Assembly: GCA_038245905.1 (NCBI GenBank) | Contig: JBBRRY010000027.1 | Span: 1 to 53,974, forward strand | Direction of reading: 5' to 3' | Length of the DNA stretch: 53,974 bases | DNA from: Thermoanaerobaculia bacterium | Lineage (GTDB): Bacteria; Acidobacteriota; Thermoanaerobaculia; UBA5066 | In this document: positions 9,680 to 18,102 of the stretch, piece after piece | How the letters are laid out: the number at the start of each line of letters is the position of its first letter | Position numbering within the stretch: the stretch's first letter is position 1 | The notes under the pieces: generated by a model | What the model saw: only the letters and a program-made list of their open reading frames with translations | Told to the model about the DNA's origin: nothing | Database searches by the model: none | Position numbers and translations under genes: made by a program

Positions 9680-10588
9680 GTGAGCGGCATCCGCAGTATC
9701 CTCTGCGCGAGCGACCTGAGCGAAGGTGCCGACGAAGCGATCCGGCAGGCAGACAGTCTGGCCCAGAGTCACGGGGCCGCGCTCGAGGTCGTGTACGTCA
9801 TTCATGATCCGCTCGTCACGTACCCGGCTCTCGCTGAACTGGTCCATCACGACCGCGCCCGGGCGGCTCTCGAAGCAGCCCGCGAAAAGGCCCGCGGAAA
9901 GGCCCGCGAGAGCCTGATGTCGAGAGTGGCCTTGCTGACCGCGGGCGCTCCGAAGACTCCCGACGTGCAGGTCCTCGAGGGCGAGCCCTACGCCGCGATC
10001 GTCTCTCGGGCCGAGGCGTCGGGGGCGGACCTGATCGTGATTGGAAGCAATGGCGCCTCCGGGCTTCGGTCACAACGTCTCGGGGAAGTAGCGGAAAGGG
10101 TTGTCCTACAAGCGGCAGTTTCCGTCCTCGTAGCCCGGCGCGGACCGGGGAGCAGGAAAATCCTCGCGGCAACCGATCTCTCGGATCCGTCCCTGCCGGC
10201 GCTGACGGCGGCCGCAGAGGAGGCGCGCCTCCGCGGCGCGAAACTGACGGTCGCGCACATCGTCGACCCGGAGAAGTCGATGGGATCGGAGGTCTTTACG
10301 ACGGTGATGGGGCTCCTCTCGCAGGACTTCGTGGCCGATCTCGGCCGCGTCGCGCGGAGCCGGCTCGCGGACGCGCTCGAGCGGCTCGGCATAAAAGGTG
10401 AACCCGCGATCGAGAGCGGCCCGGCCGGCGCCTCCATCCTCCGTCTGGCCGAGGACCTGCCGGCGGGCCTCGTCGTGATCGGCAACATAGGGAGCACCGA
10501 TCTCGCGAGCGTCCTTCTCGGGAGCGTGGCCGCGACGATCGTCCGGTGGGCGCCTTGCTCCGTACTCGTCGTGAGACGCCGCGGCTGA
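9680..10588 (+). CDS. Tandem universal stress protein
   Basis: Two USP domains: ILCASDLS...DLIVIGS..G...LGEVAERV and ILAATDLS...LLGSVAATIVRWAPCSVLVVR. Confidence 0.93.
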   Translation: MSGIRSILCASDLSEGADEAIRQADSLAQSHGAALEVVYVIHDPLVTYPALAELVHHDRARAALEAAREKARGKARESLMSRVALLTAGAPKTPDVQVLEGEPYAAIVSRAEASGADLIVIGSNGASGLRSQRLGEVAERVVLQAAVSVLVARRGPGSRKILAATDLSDPSLPALTAAAEEARLRGAKLTVAHIVDPEKSMGSEVFTTVMGLLSQDFVADLGRVARSRLADALERLGIKGEPAIESGPAGASILRLAEDLPAGLVVIGNIGSTDLASVLLGSVAATIVRWAPCSVLVVRRRG

Positions 10589-10623
10589 GAGCGAGGGAAG
10601 TACCCCGTTCGAACAAATAAGAA

Positions 10624-10653
10624 GAGAGCCGGGAAGGAACCCTCCCGACTCTC
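10624..10653. terminator. Stem-loop between the USP gene and the tRNA-Asn 3' end
   Basis: GAGAGCCGGGA...TCCCGACTCTC imperfect inverted repeat, with a T-rich tail on the minus strand. Confidence 0.55.
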
Positions 10654-10666
10654 TGAGCCATTTAAG

Positions 10667-10741
10667 TGGCTCCGCAGGTAGGACTCGAACCTACAACATC
10701 CCGGTTAACAGCCGGGTGCTCTACCATTGAGCTACTGCGGA
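10667..10741 (-). tRNA. tRNA-Asn (GTT)
   Basis: TCCGCAGTAGCTCAATGGTAGAGCACCCGGCTGTTAACCGGGATGTTGTAGGTTCGAGTCCTACCTGCGGAGCCA: cloverleaf with encoded CCA. Confidence 0.97.
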
Positions 10742-10794
10742 ATGAGAAAGACCTGATCTCTCGGCCGCGCCAAAAGCGCGTCGAAGAGCGGTGG

Positions 10795-10823
10795 ATCGTA
10801 AGGAACGCGTGAGGCCGCGTCAA
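10795..10823 (-). promoter_or_regulatory. Sigma-70 promoter of tRNA-Asn
   Basis: TTGACG-N17-TACGAT on the minus strand. Confidence 0.7.
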
Positions 10824-10855
10824 GCGACTGCCTTTTAGCGGGTTAACCTCCGGGC

Positions 10856-11800
10856 GTGACCTCCGCGCCGGTCTCGCCGCCCATGGGCCGCTTCGCGCCC
10901 TCCCCCACCGGTCCCCTCCATCTCGGCAGCCTCGTCGCCGCAGTGGCGTCGTGGCTCTTCGCCCGCGCGAAGGGCGGGCGCTGGCTCGTGCGCATGGAGG
11001 ACCTCGACACGCCGCGCGTCGTGCCGGGCGCGGCCGACGACATCCTGCGGACGCTCGAGCGCTTCGGCCTGACTTGGGACGGAGACGTCGTTCATCAATC
11101 GCAGCGGCTCGCCCATTATGACGACGCGCTGAAGATTCTTCTGAAAGGGAAGATGGCCTACGCCTGCGCGTGCTCACGCGCGGACCTCGCGCGGGCGGCC
11201 TCCGCGCCCGCAGAGGGTGACGTCGCGGAAGCCCGCGCCGCGATCTACCCCGGCACCTGCCGCGACGGACTGTCGCCGGGACGGCTTGCGCGGGCATACC
11301 GCTTTCGAACGGCCGGCTGCCTCATCCATTTCAAAGAAGTTCTTCTTGGTCCTCTCTTCGAAGATGTCGAGAAATCCGTCGGCGACTTCGTCGTCAAGCG
11401 CGCGGACGGGCCGTACGCGTACCAGCTCGCGGTCGTCGTGGACGACGCCGCCCAGGGCGTCACCGAGGTCGTGCGTGGAGCGGACCTCCTCGACTCGACC
11501 GCGCGGCAGATCGCGCTTCAGCGGGCTCTCGATCTCCCGACACCGACGTACGCTCACCTTCCGCTCGTCTTCGGTCCGGACGGGAAGAAGCTCGGAAAGA
11601 GAGGCGGCGCGTTGCCGCTCGAGACGCTCGACGAGGCGCGGCTCCGCGCCGCTCTCGCCTTCGCGCTCACGGCGTTGGGACAGAATCCTGCGGAGGGCTC
11701 ACCGCGGGAGATGCTGGAAGAAGCGCGGGTAAGGTTCGATCCGTCACGCATTCCGAGAGAGCCTCTGCGAGCACCGGCAGGAGAAGAACCGTCGGAATGA
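10856..11800 (+). CDS. gluQ: Glutamyl-Q tRNA(Asp) synthetase
   Basis: GRFAPSPTGPLHLGSL, RMEDLD, YPGTCR, YQLAVVVDD, VVRGADLL, KLGKR; no anticodon-binding domain. Confidence 0.93.
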   Translation: MTSAPVSPPMGRFAPSPTGPLHLGSLVAAVASWLFARAKGGRWLVRMEDLDTPRVVPGAADDILRTLERFGLTWDGDVVHQSQRLAHYDDALKILLKGKMAYACACSRADLARAASAPAEGDVAEARAAIYPGTCRDGLSPGRLARAYRFRTAGCLIHFKEVLLGPLFEDVEKSVGDFVVKRADGPYAYQLAVVVDDAAQGVTEVVRGADLLDSTARQIALQRALDLPTPTYAHLPLVFGPDGKKLGKRGGALPLETLDEARLRAALAFALTALGQNPAEGSPREMLEEARVRFDPSRIPREPLRAPAGEEPSE

Positions 11801-12758
11801 AGGCGAGGCGGTCCCACGACCAGCGGACGTGCCACGCGGGATCGAGCCGGGTAAAGGCGAAGGAACCCGCGAGCGCGGCGGCGTAGACGCCGAGCGTGGA
11901 GAGAAAGCCTGCCCTGTTCCCGCGCGTCGCCGGCGCGAGAGCGAGCAGCAGCGCCGCGCCCGCGAGCCATCCGAGCGAGGACGCGCCTTCGGACGCGAGC
12001 GCCGACAGCGCGGCGACGAGCTTCGCGAGCGAGAACGCCGTGAAGGAGAAGTCCGTCGGAGGCTGATGCGAGGCGCGAAGAGCCAGGAAGAGCCGCCAGG
12101 GAGTCGCCTGGAAGAGAAGCGCCGAGAGGCCGACGAGAATTCCGGTGCGCGGGCGTCGCGTGACGACGAGCGCGCCCGCGGTCAAGAGCGCGGCGAGCAG
12201 GCCCTCCGACTTCGTCCAGGCGGCCAGCGTCAGGAAGAGAGCGAGGCGAAGGGGCGCGAAGCGCTCGGTGTCGAGGCGCGCGACCTCCGCGAGAGCCGCC
12301 AGAAGGAGCACGGCGAGAAGCGCCTCGGCGTAGCCGGGGTACCGCCTCCAGTACGGCAGGAGCGCAACGGCCGCCCCTGCGAGCAATCGGAACGGCAGCG
12401 CCGCGGCCGTCGCCCGCATGGCGAGAAGCGCCGCGAGGAGCGCGAGGAGAGGCCAGAGCGGAGCGACGACAAGATCGTCGTACCGACGTGCCGGACCCGC
12501 GGCACCGGCGAGCACGATGGGCCAGAGCGGCGGGTATTCCGGATGCGAGAAGGCGCCGTCAGGATCCACCCGCAGCAGCGAGTCGAACGAGCCGGAGCGA
12601 AACAGGGCGCGCGCCTTGAGGCCCCATACCGTGTGATAGTCGCCGCGCGCGAGCGGCTCGCGCAGCGACACGATCGCGGTCGAGAAAACGCCGAGGGCGA
12701 GGAGCGCCCCCGCCAGAACCGCAAGGATCGCGCGGCCGCGCGAGCTCAGGGTACTCAA
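11667..12758 (-). CDS. Multi-TM membrane protein, GT-C glycosyltransferase-like
   Basis: D...WGLKARALF, HPEYPPLWP, GYAE, AAWTKSEG motifs typical of ArnT/PMT-like proteins; coupled to the upstream gene. Confidence 0.6.
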   Translation of the reverse strand: MSTLSSRGRAILAVLAGALLALGVFSTAIVSLREPLARGDYHTVWGLKARALFRSGSFDSLLRVDPDGAFSHPEYPPLWPIVLAGAAGPARRYDDLVVAPLWPLLALLAALLAMRATAAALPFRLLAGAAVALLPYWRRYPGYAEALLAVLLLAALAEVARLDTERFAPLRLALFLTLAAWTKSEGLLAALLTAGALVVTRRPRTGILVGLSALLFQATPWRLFLALRASHQPPTDFSFTAFSLAKLVAALSALASEGASSLGWLAGAALLLALAPATRGNRAGFLSTLGVYAAALAGSFAFTRLDPAWHVRWSWDRLAFIPTVLLLPVLAEALSECVTDRTLPALLPASPAVSPPQDSVPTP

Positions 12759-13144
12759 GGTGCTCCGCGCGCGGCGAGGCGCAGCGCGAATCCGTCCGGA
12801 CCGGTTTCACCGCGCGCGAGCGTCACGCGCCGGGGCGCGAGGACGAAGGCCGCCTTGCGCCTTCTCTCCTCGGCGATGCCCTCGGAAACGCCGACGGCGA
12901 CGACGAGGACGACGTCGGCGTCGAGCGGCCACGCCCGATCGCGGCCGATGAGCGCGGCTCCCAGCGGGACGTCGTCGCGGAAGAGTCGCGCGTTCAGGAG
13001 GCGGGTCGGGGTCGCCGCCCGCCAGAATTTCCGGGCGAGGGACAGCGAAGCCGGAACCGGGCCGGCCTCGTCCACTGCGCGCCACGCGAGAACCGCGAAA
13101 GCCCCCGCGACGAGAAGAAGGGCTCCCGCACGGCGCGCCGTCAT
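12755..13144 (-). CDS. Hypothetical membrane-anchored protein
   Basis: 4-bp overlaps with both neighbours; N-terminal hydrophobic segment. Confidence 0.6.
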   Translation of the reverse strand: MTARRAGALLLVAGAFAVLAWRAVDEAGPVPASLSLARKFWRAATPTRLLNARLFRDDVPLGAALIGRDRAWPLDADVVLVVAVGVSEGIAEERRRKAAFVLAPRRVTLARGETGPDGFALRLAARGAP

Positions 13145-13926
13145 CGGAGCGACGCGCGAACGGACGCGAGGCGCTCCTCGAGGCGCTCGCCGCCGCCCTC
13201 GAAAAGCATGTGACGCAGCGCTTCCACTTGCTCGGCAAGATGCTCGAGGACGAGCGAAGCCTCGGGGTTCGCCCGCTGGATCGCGCGCGTGAGCGCCGCG
13301 TCCTGGCCGAGGATGGGCCCGACGAGAGCGAGAAGATGCCGGAACGACGTCGTCGAGCGGCCGTCCACGTCGTCGAGGGCGACCTCGAGGTCGGCGAGTG
13401 CGAAGGCGGAGACGAGGGCGACGAGGTGCGCGAGGCCCATCGTGCGTCCGACCCAGCGGTCGTGGTCCGCCGCGGGCATCGTGCGTATCTTCAGGCCTTC
13501 GCCGGCGAAGAGGCGCGCGACGCGGCGCGCTGCAGGCGCGTCCCCCGCGTCGCAGATCAGAAAGTCCCGGCCCGAAAAGCGCGCGTCGGGACCGAACATC
13601 GGATGCGTCGAGGCGATTGCGATGCCTTGCTTCCGCGCACGAGCGAAAAGCGGCAGGAGCGGCGCCTTGAGGCTCGCGATGTCGAAGACGAGCCCCTTCG
13701 GCTTCCTCTCGAGGACGGCCGCGAGCGCGGCGGCGGCGTGTTCGAGGGACGCGGCGATGACGACGACGTCCGCGCGCGCCGCGTCGTCGAGTGATCCCCG
13801 GGCGAACCCCCGGGGCGCTCCGGCGGGATCGTCGATGCGGACCGCATAGCCCTTGCGGCGAAAGAAGCGCGCGAAGAGGCGTCCCATGCGCCCGGCTCCA
13901 CCGACGAGGAGGACCGTGCGCGTCAT
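13141..13926 (-). CDS. tyrA: Prephenate dehydrogenase
   Basis: [25 protein letters not shown]...GLAH. Confidence 0.88.
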   Translation of the reverse strand: MTRTVLLVGGAGRMGRLFARFFRRKGYAVRIDDPAGAPRGFARGSLDDAARADVVVIAASLEHAAAALAAVLERKPKGLVFDIASLKAPLLPLFARARKQGIAIASTHPMFGPDARFSGRDFLICDAGDAPAARRVARLFAGEGLKIRTMPAADHDRWVGRTMGLAHLVALVSAFALADLEVALDDVDGRSTTSFRHLLALVGPILGQDAALTRAIQRANPEASLVLEHLAEQVEALRHMLFEGGGERLEERLASVRASLR

Positions 13927-15173
13927 GGCGTGAGGCGGACGAATTTCTTACCCATTCGAAGAAAGATTCCTTCGGGGCCGACCTTCAGGACGTCGGCGGG
14001 CGACTCGGCCTTCGACCACGTCTGCCCGTTCGGAGATGTCGACACGGCGCCTTCGCGGATCTTCTGCCGCGCGATGTTCTTGCTCGCCACGAGTCCCGCC
14101 TGCATGAGCACGTCCGTCAATTGCCCTTCAAAGAAATTTGAAGACGACGACCCCTGCCCCAGCGAAACTTCTTCCGCCGAGACCGCACCTCCTCCGCCCG
14201 AAAACCTCTTGTCGAACTCTTCTCGGGCACGCCCGGCGGCGTCCTTGCCGTGGAAGTCCTCGACGATCCGGCCCGCGAGGTCCACCTTCAGGGCCTTGGG
14301 GTGGACGGTTCCCACCGCGGCCTCGGCCCGCATCATCTCGATCTCGGCGGGTGTCAGGTCGGTCAGCAGCGTGTAGTACGTCCACATCGACGTGTCCGAG
14401 ATCGACATGACCTTGCCGAAGATCTCGTCCGGGCTCTCGGCGATACCAATCGCGTTGTTCAGCGACTTCGACATCTTCTCGACGCCGTCCGTCCCGACGA
14501 GGAGCGGGAGCGTCATGACGACCTGCGGCTCCTGCCCCGACTCGCGCATGAGATCGCGGCCGACGAGGAGGTTGAAGAGCTGGTCCGTGCCGCCGAGCTC
14601 GACGTCGGCCGCGAGCGCGACGGAGTCGTACCCCTGGCACAACGGGTAGAGCAGCTCGTGGACGGCGATGGGCTTGCCTTCCTTGAAGCGCTTCGCGAAG
14701 TCGTCGCGCTCGAGGAGGCGCGCCACCGTGTACTTGGCGGCGAGTCGAATGAGGCCCTCGGCGCCGAGCGGGGAGAGCCACTCGGAATTGAAGGCGACGC
14801 GCGTCTTTTCGGGGTCGAGGATCTTGAAGACCTGTGCCTTGTATGTTTCCGCGTTCGCGAGGACCTCGTCCTTCGTGAGCTGCGGGCGCGTCACCTTCTT
14901 GCCGGTGGGATCGCCGATCATCCCGGTGAAGTCGCCGATCAAGAAAACGATCGAGTGTCCGAGGCGCTGAAAGTGGCGCATCTTGCGGAAGACGACCGTG
15001 TGCCCGAGGTGAAGATCGGGCGCGGACGGGTCGAACCCCACCTTGACGAGGAGAGGCTTGCCGGTCTTCAGCGAGCGGGCGAGCTTCTTCTCGAGCTCTT
15101 CCTTCTTCTCGCAGGCTTCGACGCCCTTGAGAAGAAGATCCATCTGTTCGGGGACCGGCGGAAACGTGCTCAC
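13923..15173 (-). CDS. tyrS: Tyrosine--tRNA ligase
   Basis: [33 protein letters not shown]-terminal S4-like domain. Confidence 0.97.
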   Translation of the reverse strand: MSTFPPVPEQMDLLLKGVEACEKKEELEKKLARSLKTGKPLLVKVGFDPSAPDLHLGHTVVFRKMRHFQRLGHSIVFLIGDFTGMIGDPTGKKVTRPQLTKDEVLANAETYKAQVFKILDPEKTRVAFNSEWLSPLGAEGLIRLAAKYTVARLLERDDFAKRFKEGKPIAVHELLYPLCQGYDSVALAADVELGGTDQLFNLLVGRDLMRESGQEPQVVMTLPLLVGTDGVEKMSKSLNNAIGIAESPDEIFGKVMSISDTSMWTYYTLLTDLTPAEIEMMRAEAAVGTVHPKALKVDLAGRIVEDFHGKDAAGRAREEFDKRFSGGGGAVSAEEVSLGQGSSSSNFFEGQLTDVLMQAGLVASKNIARQKIREGAVSTSPNGQTWSKAESPADVLKVGPEGIFLRMGKKFVRLTP

Positions 15174-15218
15174 AGGCGAGCGATTGTAGTCACTTCACGA
15201 CGCCGCGAGCCCGCGCGC

Positions 15219-15836
15219 TCAATCGCCCAGAATCTCGCGGAGGCGCGCGAAGAGGAAGTCGAGGGCCACGGTGTTCTCTCCGCCTTCGGGGATGATGAGG
15301 TCGGCGTAGCGCTTCGAGGGCTCCACGAATTCCATGTGCATGGGACGCACGGTGGACTCGTACTGCGTGACGACGCTCTCCACGGACCGGCCGCGCTCGG
15401 CGATGTCGCGCTTCAGCCGGCGAATGAGCCGGATATCGGCATCCGTGTCGACGTAGATCCTCACGTCGAAGAGCTTCCGAAGCTCGGGCTCGGCAAAGAT
15501 GAGGATGCCGTCCACGAGGATGACCTTTCGCGGCTCGACGCGCCGGGACTCGGCCGCGCGGCGGTGGACCTTGAAGTCGTAGATCGGCGTCTCGACGACC
15601 ATTCCCTGCTTGAGAGCCTTGAGATGGCGCACCAGGAGCTCGCTCTCGAGGGAGTCGGGGTGGTCGAAATTCTGCCGGTCGAGGACGTCCTTCGGCAGAT
15701 CCACGAAGTCCCGGTAGTACGAGTCGTGGGAGAGGATCGCGATGCGCTCCTCACCCACGCGTTTGGCGATCGCATTCGCGACCGTCGTCTTGCCGGAGCC
15801 CGTCCCGCCCGCGAGGCCGATGAGAAACGGCGTCAC
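15219..15836 (-). CDS. udk: Uridine kinase
   Basis: IGLAGGTGSGKTT, NFDHPDS, RRLKRD..ERGR, FVEPSKRYAD. Confidence 0.96.
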   Translation of the reverse strand: MTPFLIGLAGGTGSGKTTVANAIAKRVGEERIAILSHDSYYRDFVDLPKDVLDRQNFDHPDSLESELLVRHLKALKQGMVVETPIYDFKVHRRAAESRRVEPRKVILVDGILIFAEPELRKLFDVRIYVDTDADIRLIRRLKRDIAERGRSVESVVTQYESTVRPMHMEFVEPSKRYADLIIPEGGENTVALDFLFARLREILGD

Positions 15837-16777
15837 TTGAAGGCTTCGAGCATCTCTTTGGCGGTGCCGGCGTCCGAGCCCTTCGGCTCGAGCCTCAGGT
15901 ACTCGGAAAGGTGTTTCTTCATGTCGGGAATCTTGTTCAGGTTCACGTACGACATGCCGAGGAGGTAGTGCGCCTTCGCGTAGTCGGGCTTGCCCTCGAT
16001 GACCTTCTTGAGAAGCGGCTCGGCACCCTTGAAGTCATTTTTGTTGTAGAGGTCGACCGCCTGGTTGTAGACCAATTCCGGTTGATCCGGGTTCGCGGCG
16101 ATGTACTTCTTCTCGTACTCGGCCGCCTTCACTTTGTCGCCCTTGCCGCGATAGGCATTCATGAGCATGCCGATCAGCGGCGAGTTGTCGGCCTCCAGAG
16201 CGAAGGACTTCTCGCCCAGCGCGATCGTGTTGTCCCAGTCCTTCTTCTGGTGAGCGATCGTGGCGCCCAGGTTGTACGCGATCGCCTTGTCAGGGCCCAG
16301 CTTGATGGCGTCCTGAGCCTTCACGAACGCGGCGTCCAGATCACCGGCCTGATAGGCCTCGACTGCGGCGTTGTAGGTCGCCGTGAACGGGTCTACGACC
16401 ACCTTCACGACGCCCTTCTCGATCGCCTGCGCCTGCGTAAAGAGCTGGGCGTCGAGGATTTCCGAGGAGCCGATCGGGACTTTCTTGTCCGCGTCGACGG
16501 ACATGTAGCCCGTCTTCTCGAAATGGTAGTGGTAGGCAATCGTCGAGTCGTTGAGGATCGTCCCCCACTTGCCGTCCTTGTCGGTCTTGAGCTCCTGTTT
16601 GAAGTTCATGATGGCCTTCGTCGTGACGACGATCTTCACGTCGGCGAGGGCGACCCCTGCCCCGTCCGTGACCTTGCCCGTGATGCGCCCCTGCCCGGCG
16701 CCGAAAAGGCCCGAAGGCAGCAGGAGAAGCGCGAGAAACGTGAAGATGAGAGCACGTGAGGTGCGGGGAGCGTGCAT
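15833..16777 (-). CDS. Secreted carboxypeptidase-regulatory-like domain plus TPR protein
   Basis: SD GGAGG before MHAPR; signal peptide; GRITGKVTD...KTDKDGKW; TPRs (AYNLG, AHYLLG). Confidence 0.85.
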   Translation of the reverse strand: MHAPRTSRALIFTFLALLLLPSGLFGAGQGRITGKVTDGAGVALADVKIVVTTKAIMNFKQELKTDKDGKWGTILNDSTIAYHYHFEKTGYMSVDADKKVPIGSSEILDAQLFTQAQAIEKGVVKVVVDPFTATYNAAVEAYQAGDLDAAFVKAQDAIKLGPDKAIAYNLGATIAHQKKDWDNTIALGEKSFALEADNSPLIGMLMNAYRGKGDKVKAAEYEKKYIAANPDQPELVYNQAVDLYNKNDFKGAEPLLKKVIEGKPDYAKAHYLLGMSYVNLNKIPDMKKHLSEYLRLEPKGSDAGTAKEMLEAFK

Positions 16778-16810
16778 CGAAGCCTCCAAAGCCGTTGCAG
16801 ATCGCTTCCG

Positions 16811-16827
16811 TGCAGGAAGGATGCCAA
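16811..16827 (-). promoter_or_regulatory. Putative sigma-54 promoter of the TPR gene
   Basis: TTGGCATCCTTCCTGCA (GG-N10-GC), about 35 bp upstream of the ATG. Confidence 0.45.
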
Positions 16828-16921
16828 TTCTACTGCCCGGTCCGGGGCTCAGGCACGGATCTGAATGCATCATTCGGGGCCTAATCCCGCACGAAATGGG
16901 CGGTTCGTTTAGGCTGGGGCC

Positions 16922-17551
16922 GTGCAAAGGCGCCTTGTCCTCGGTTTCCTGGCGGCCTCGGCCGCCGTCCTGGCGTTCTTCACGGCCGGGTATTTGCTCG
17001 GACGCTGGCGGACGCGCCGCGAGGCAGTCTCTTCGGCTCCCGTCGTCCAGGCCGTGCGCCGCATCGCGCGGCTCGCGACGGTAGAAATGGAGATCGCCGA
17101 CGTCGTGCGTTACGAGGAGGTGAAAACGGTCCTCGTCTTCGACATCCCGAAAAACGCGACGCTCAGGCTGCGCGGGAAAGTGACGGGGGGATTCGACCTC
17201 GCGCACGGGTTCGACGTGGATGCGGATGCGGCCCGGCACCGCATCTCCGTGCGCCTCCCGGCGCCGCAAATCCTCTCCGTCGACGATCGGCTCGAGTGGT
17301 TCGACGAGCGGTCGGGATGGCTCAACCCGATCACGCCCGCTGACCGGACGCGCTGGACCCAGTGGGCGCGTGCCGCGCTCTCGCGCGCCGCGAAGGACGC
17401 CGGCCTCTACGAGAAGTCGACGGCGCACGCACGGGACCTCTTCACGGACGCGGCCGCGGCCTTCTCGTGGACTGCCGAGGTGTCCGTGGACGGGAAGCCG
17501 GTCCCGGCTGCACCGCCGGCTTCTCCCGCAACCGTCCCCTCGCGGCCCTGA
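16922..17551 (+). CDS. DUF4230-like membrane-anchored protein
   Basis: N-terminal TM; IARLATVE, GKVTGGFDL, VRLPAPQILS. Confidence 0.75.
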   Translation: MQRRLVLGFLAASAAVLAFFTAGYLLGRWRTRREAVSSAPVVQAVRRIARLATVEMEIADVVRYEEVKTVLVFDIPKNATLRLRGKVTGGFDLAHGFDVDADAARHRISVRLPAPQILSVDDRLEWFDERSGWLNPITPADRTRWTQWARAALSRAAKDAGLYEKSTAHARDLFTDAAAAFSWTAEVSVDGKPVPAAPPASPATVPSRP

Positions 17552-17554
17552 CCC

Positions 17555-18025
17555 TCAGGCCTTGAAGGGCAGGCGGCCCTGTGCGTCCTTGAGCGAGTTC
17601 GTCGCGATGAGGATCACGTCGATGAGCCACCAGATCCCGCAGCCGCCGAGCGTGAAGAGCTTGAGGACGCCGAGGCCCACGTGGCCGAGATAGAAGCGAT
17701 CGACACCAAACGTGCCCAGGAAGATCGAGAGAAGGAGCGCGACGAGCCATTCTTTCGCGTCGGCGGGACGCACCGGCGAAACCCCCATGGGCTGACCCGC
17801 CAGGGGCGGAGCCGTCCCGGCCGTGCCCGCCGCCGTCGAAGCCGCCGGCGCCGCCGCGAGCAGATCGCGGAACTCCTCGCGCGTCTGAAGAGGGACCCAG
17901 CCGGACTCGCCCGTCTTGAACGACAGGCTGGGCGCCGCGACGCGGCCCTCCGCGACCCACGCCCGGATCGTCGCCTCGTCGACCGGTCCGTACTGACTGC
18001 CGTTGGCTCCTATGACGTAATACAT
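17555..18025 (-). CDS. GYF_2 (DUF4339) plus TM2 domain protein
   Basis: YY...GSQYGPV...W..EGR...W.PL and [19 protein letters not shown]...[15 protein letters not shown]. Confidence 0.88.
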   Translation of the reverse strand: MYYVIGANGSQYGPVDEATIRAWVAEGRVAAPSLSFKTGESGWVPLQTREEFRDLLAAAPAASTAAGTAGTAPPLAGQPMGVSPVRPADAKEWLVALLLSIFLGTFGVDRFYLGHVGLGVLKLFTLGGCGIWWLIDVILIATNSLKDAQGRLPFKA

Positions 18026-18102
18026 CGCCCTCTCCTACCCGCAAAGGAACGCATTCCGGCCCCGAAAGGTTCTCCCTTCGGGACCGGGCGCATCCTAACC
18101 CG

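Noticed and set aside
10667-11800. Functional link between gluQ and the adjacent tRNA-Asn (a queuosine tRNA)
   Set aside because: GluQRS is known to act on tRNA-Asp; adjacency alone is not evidence.
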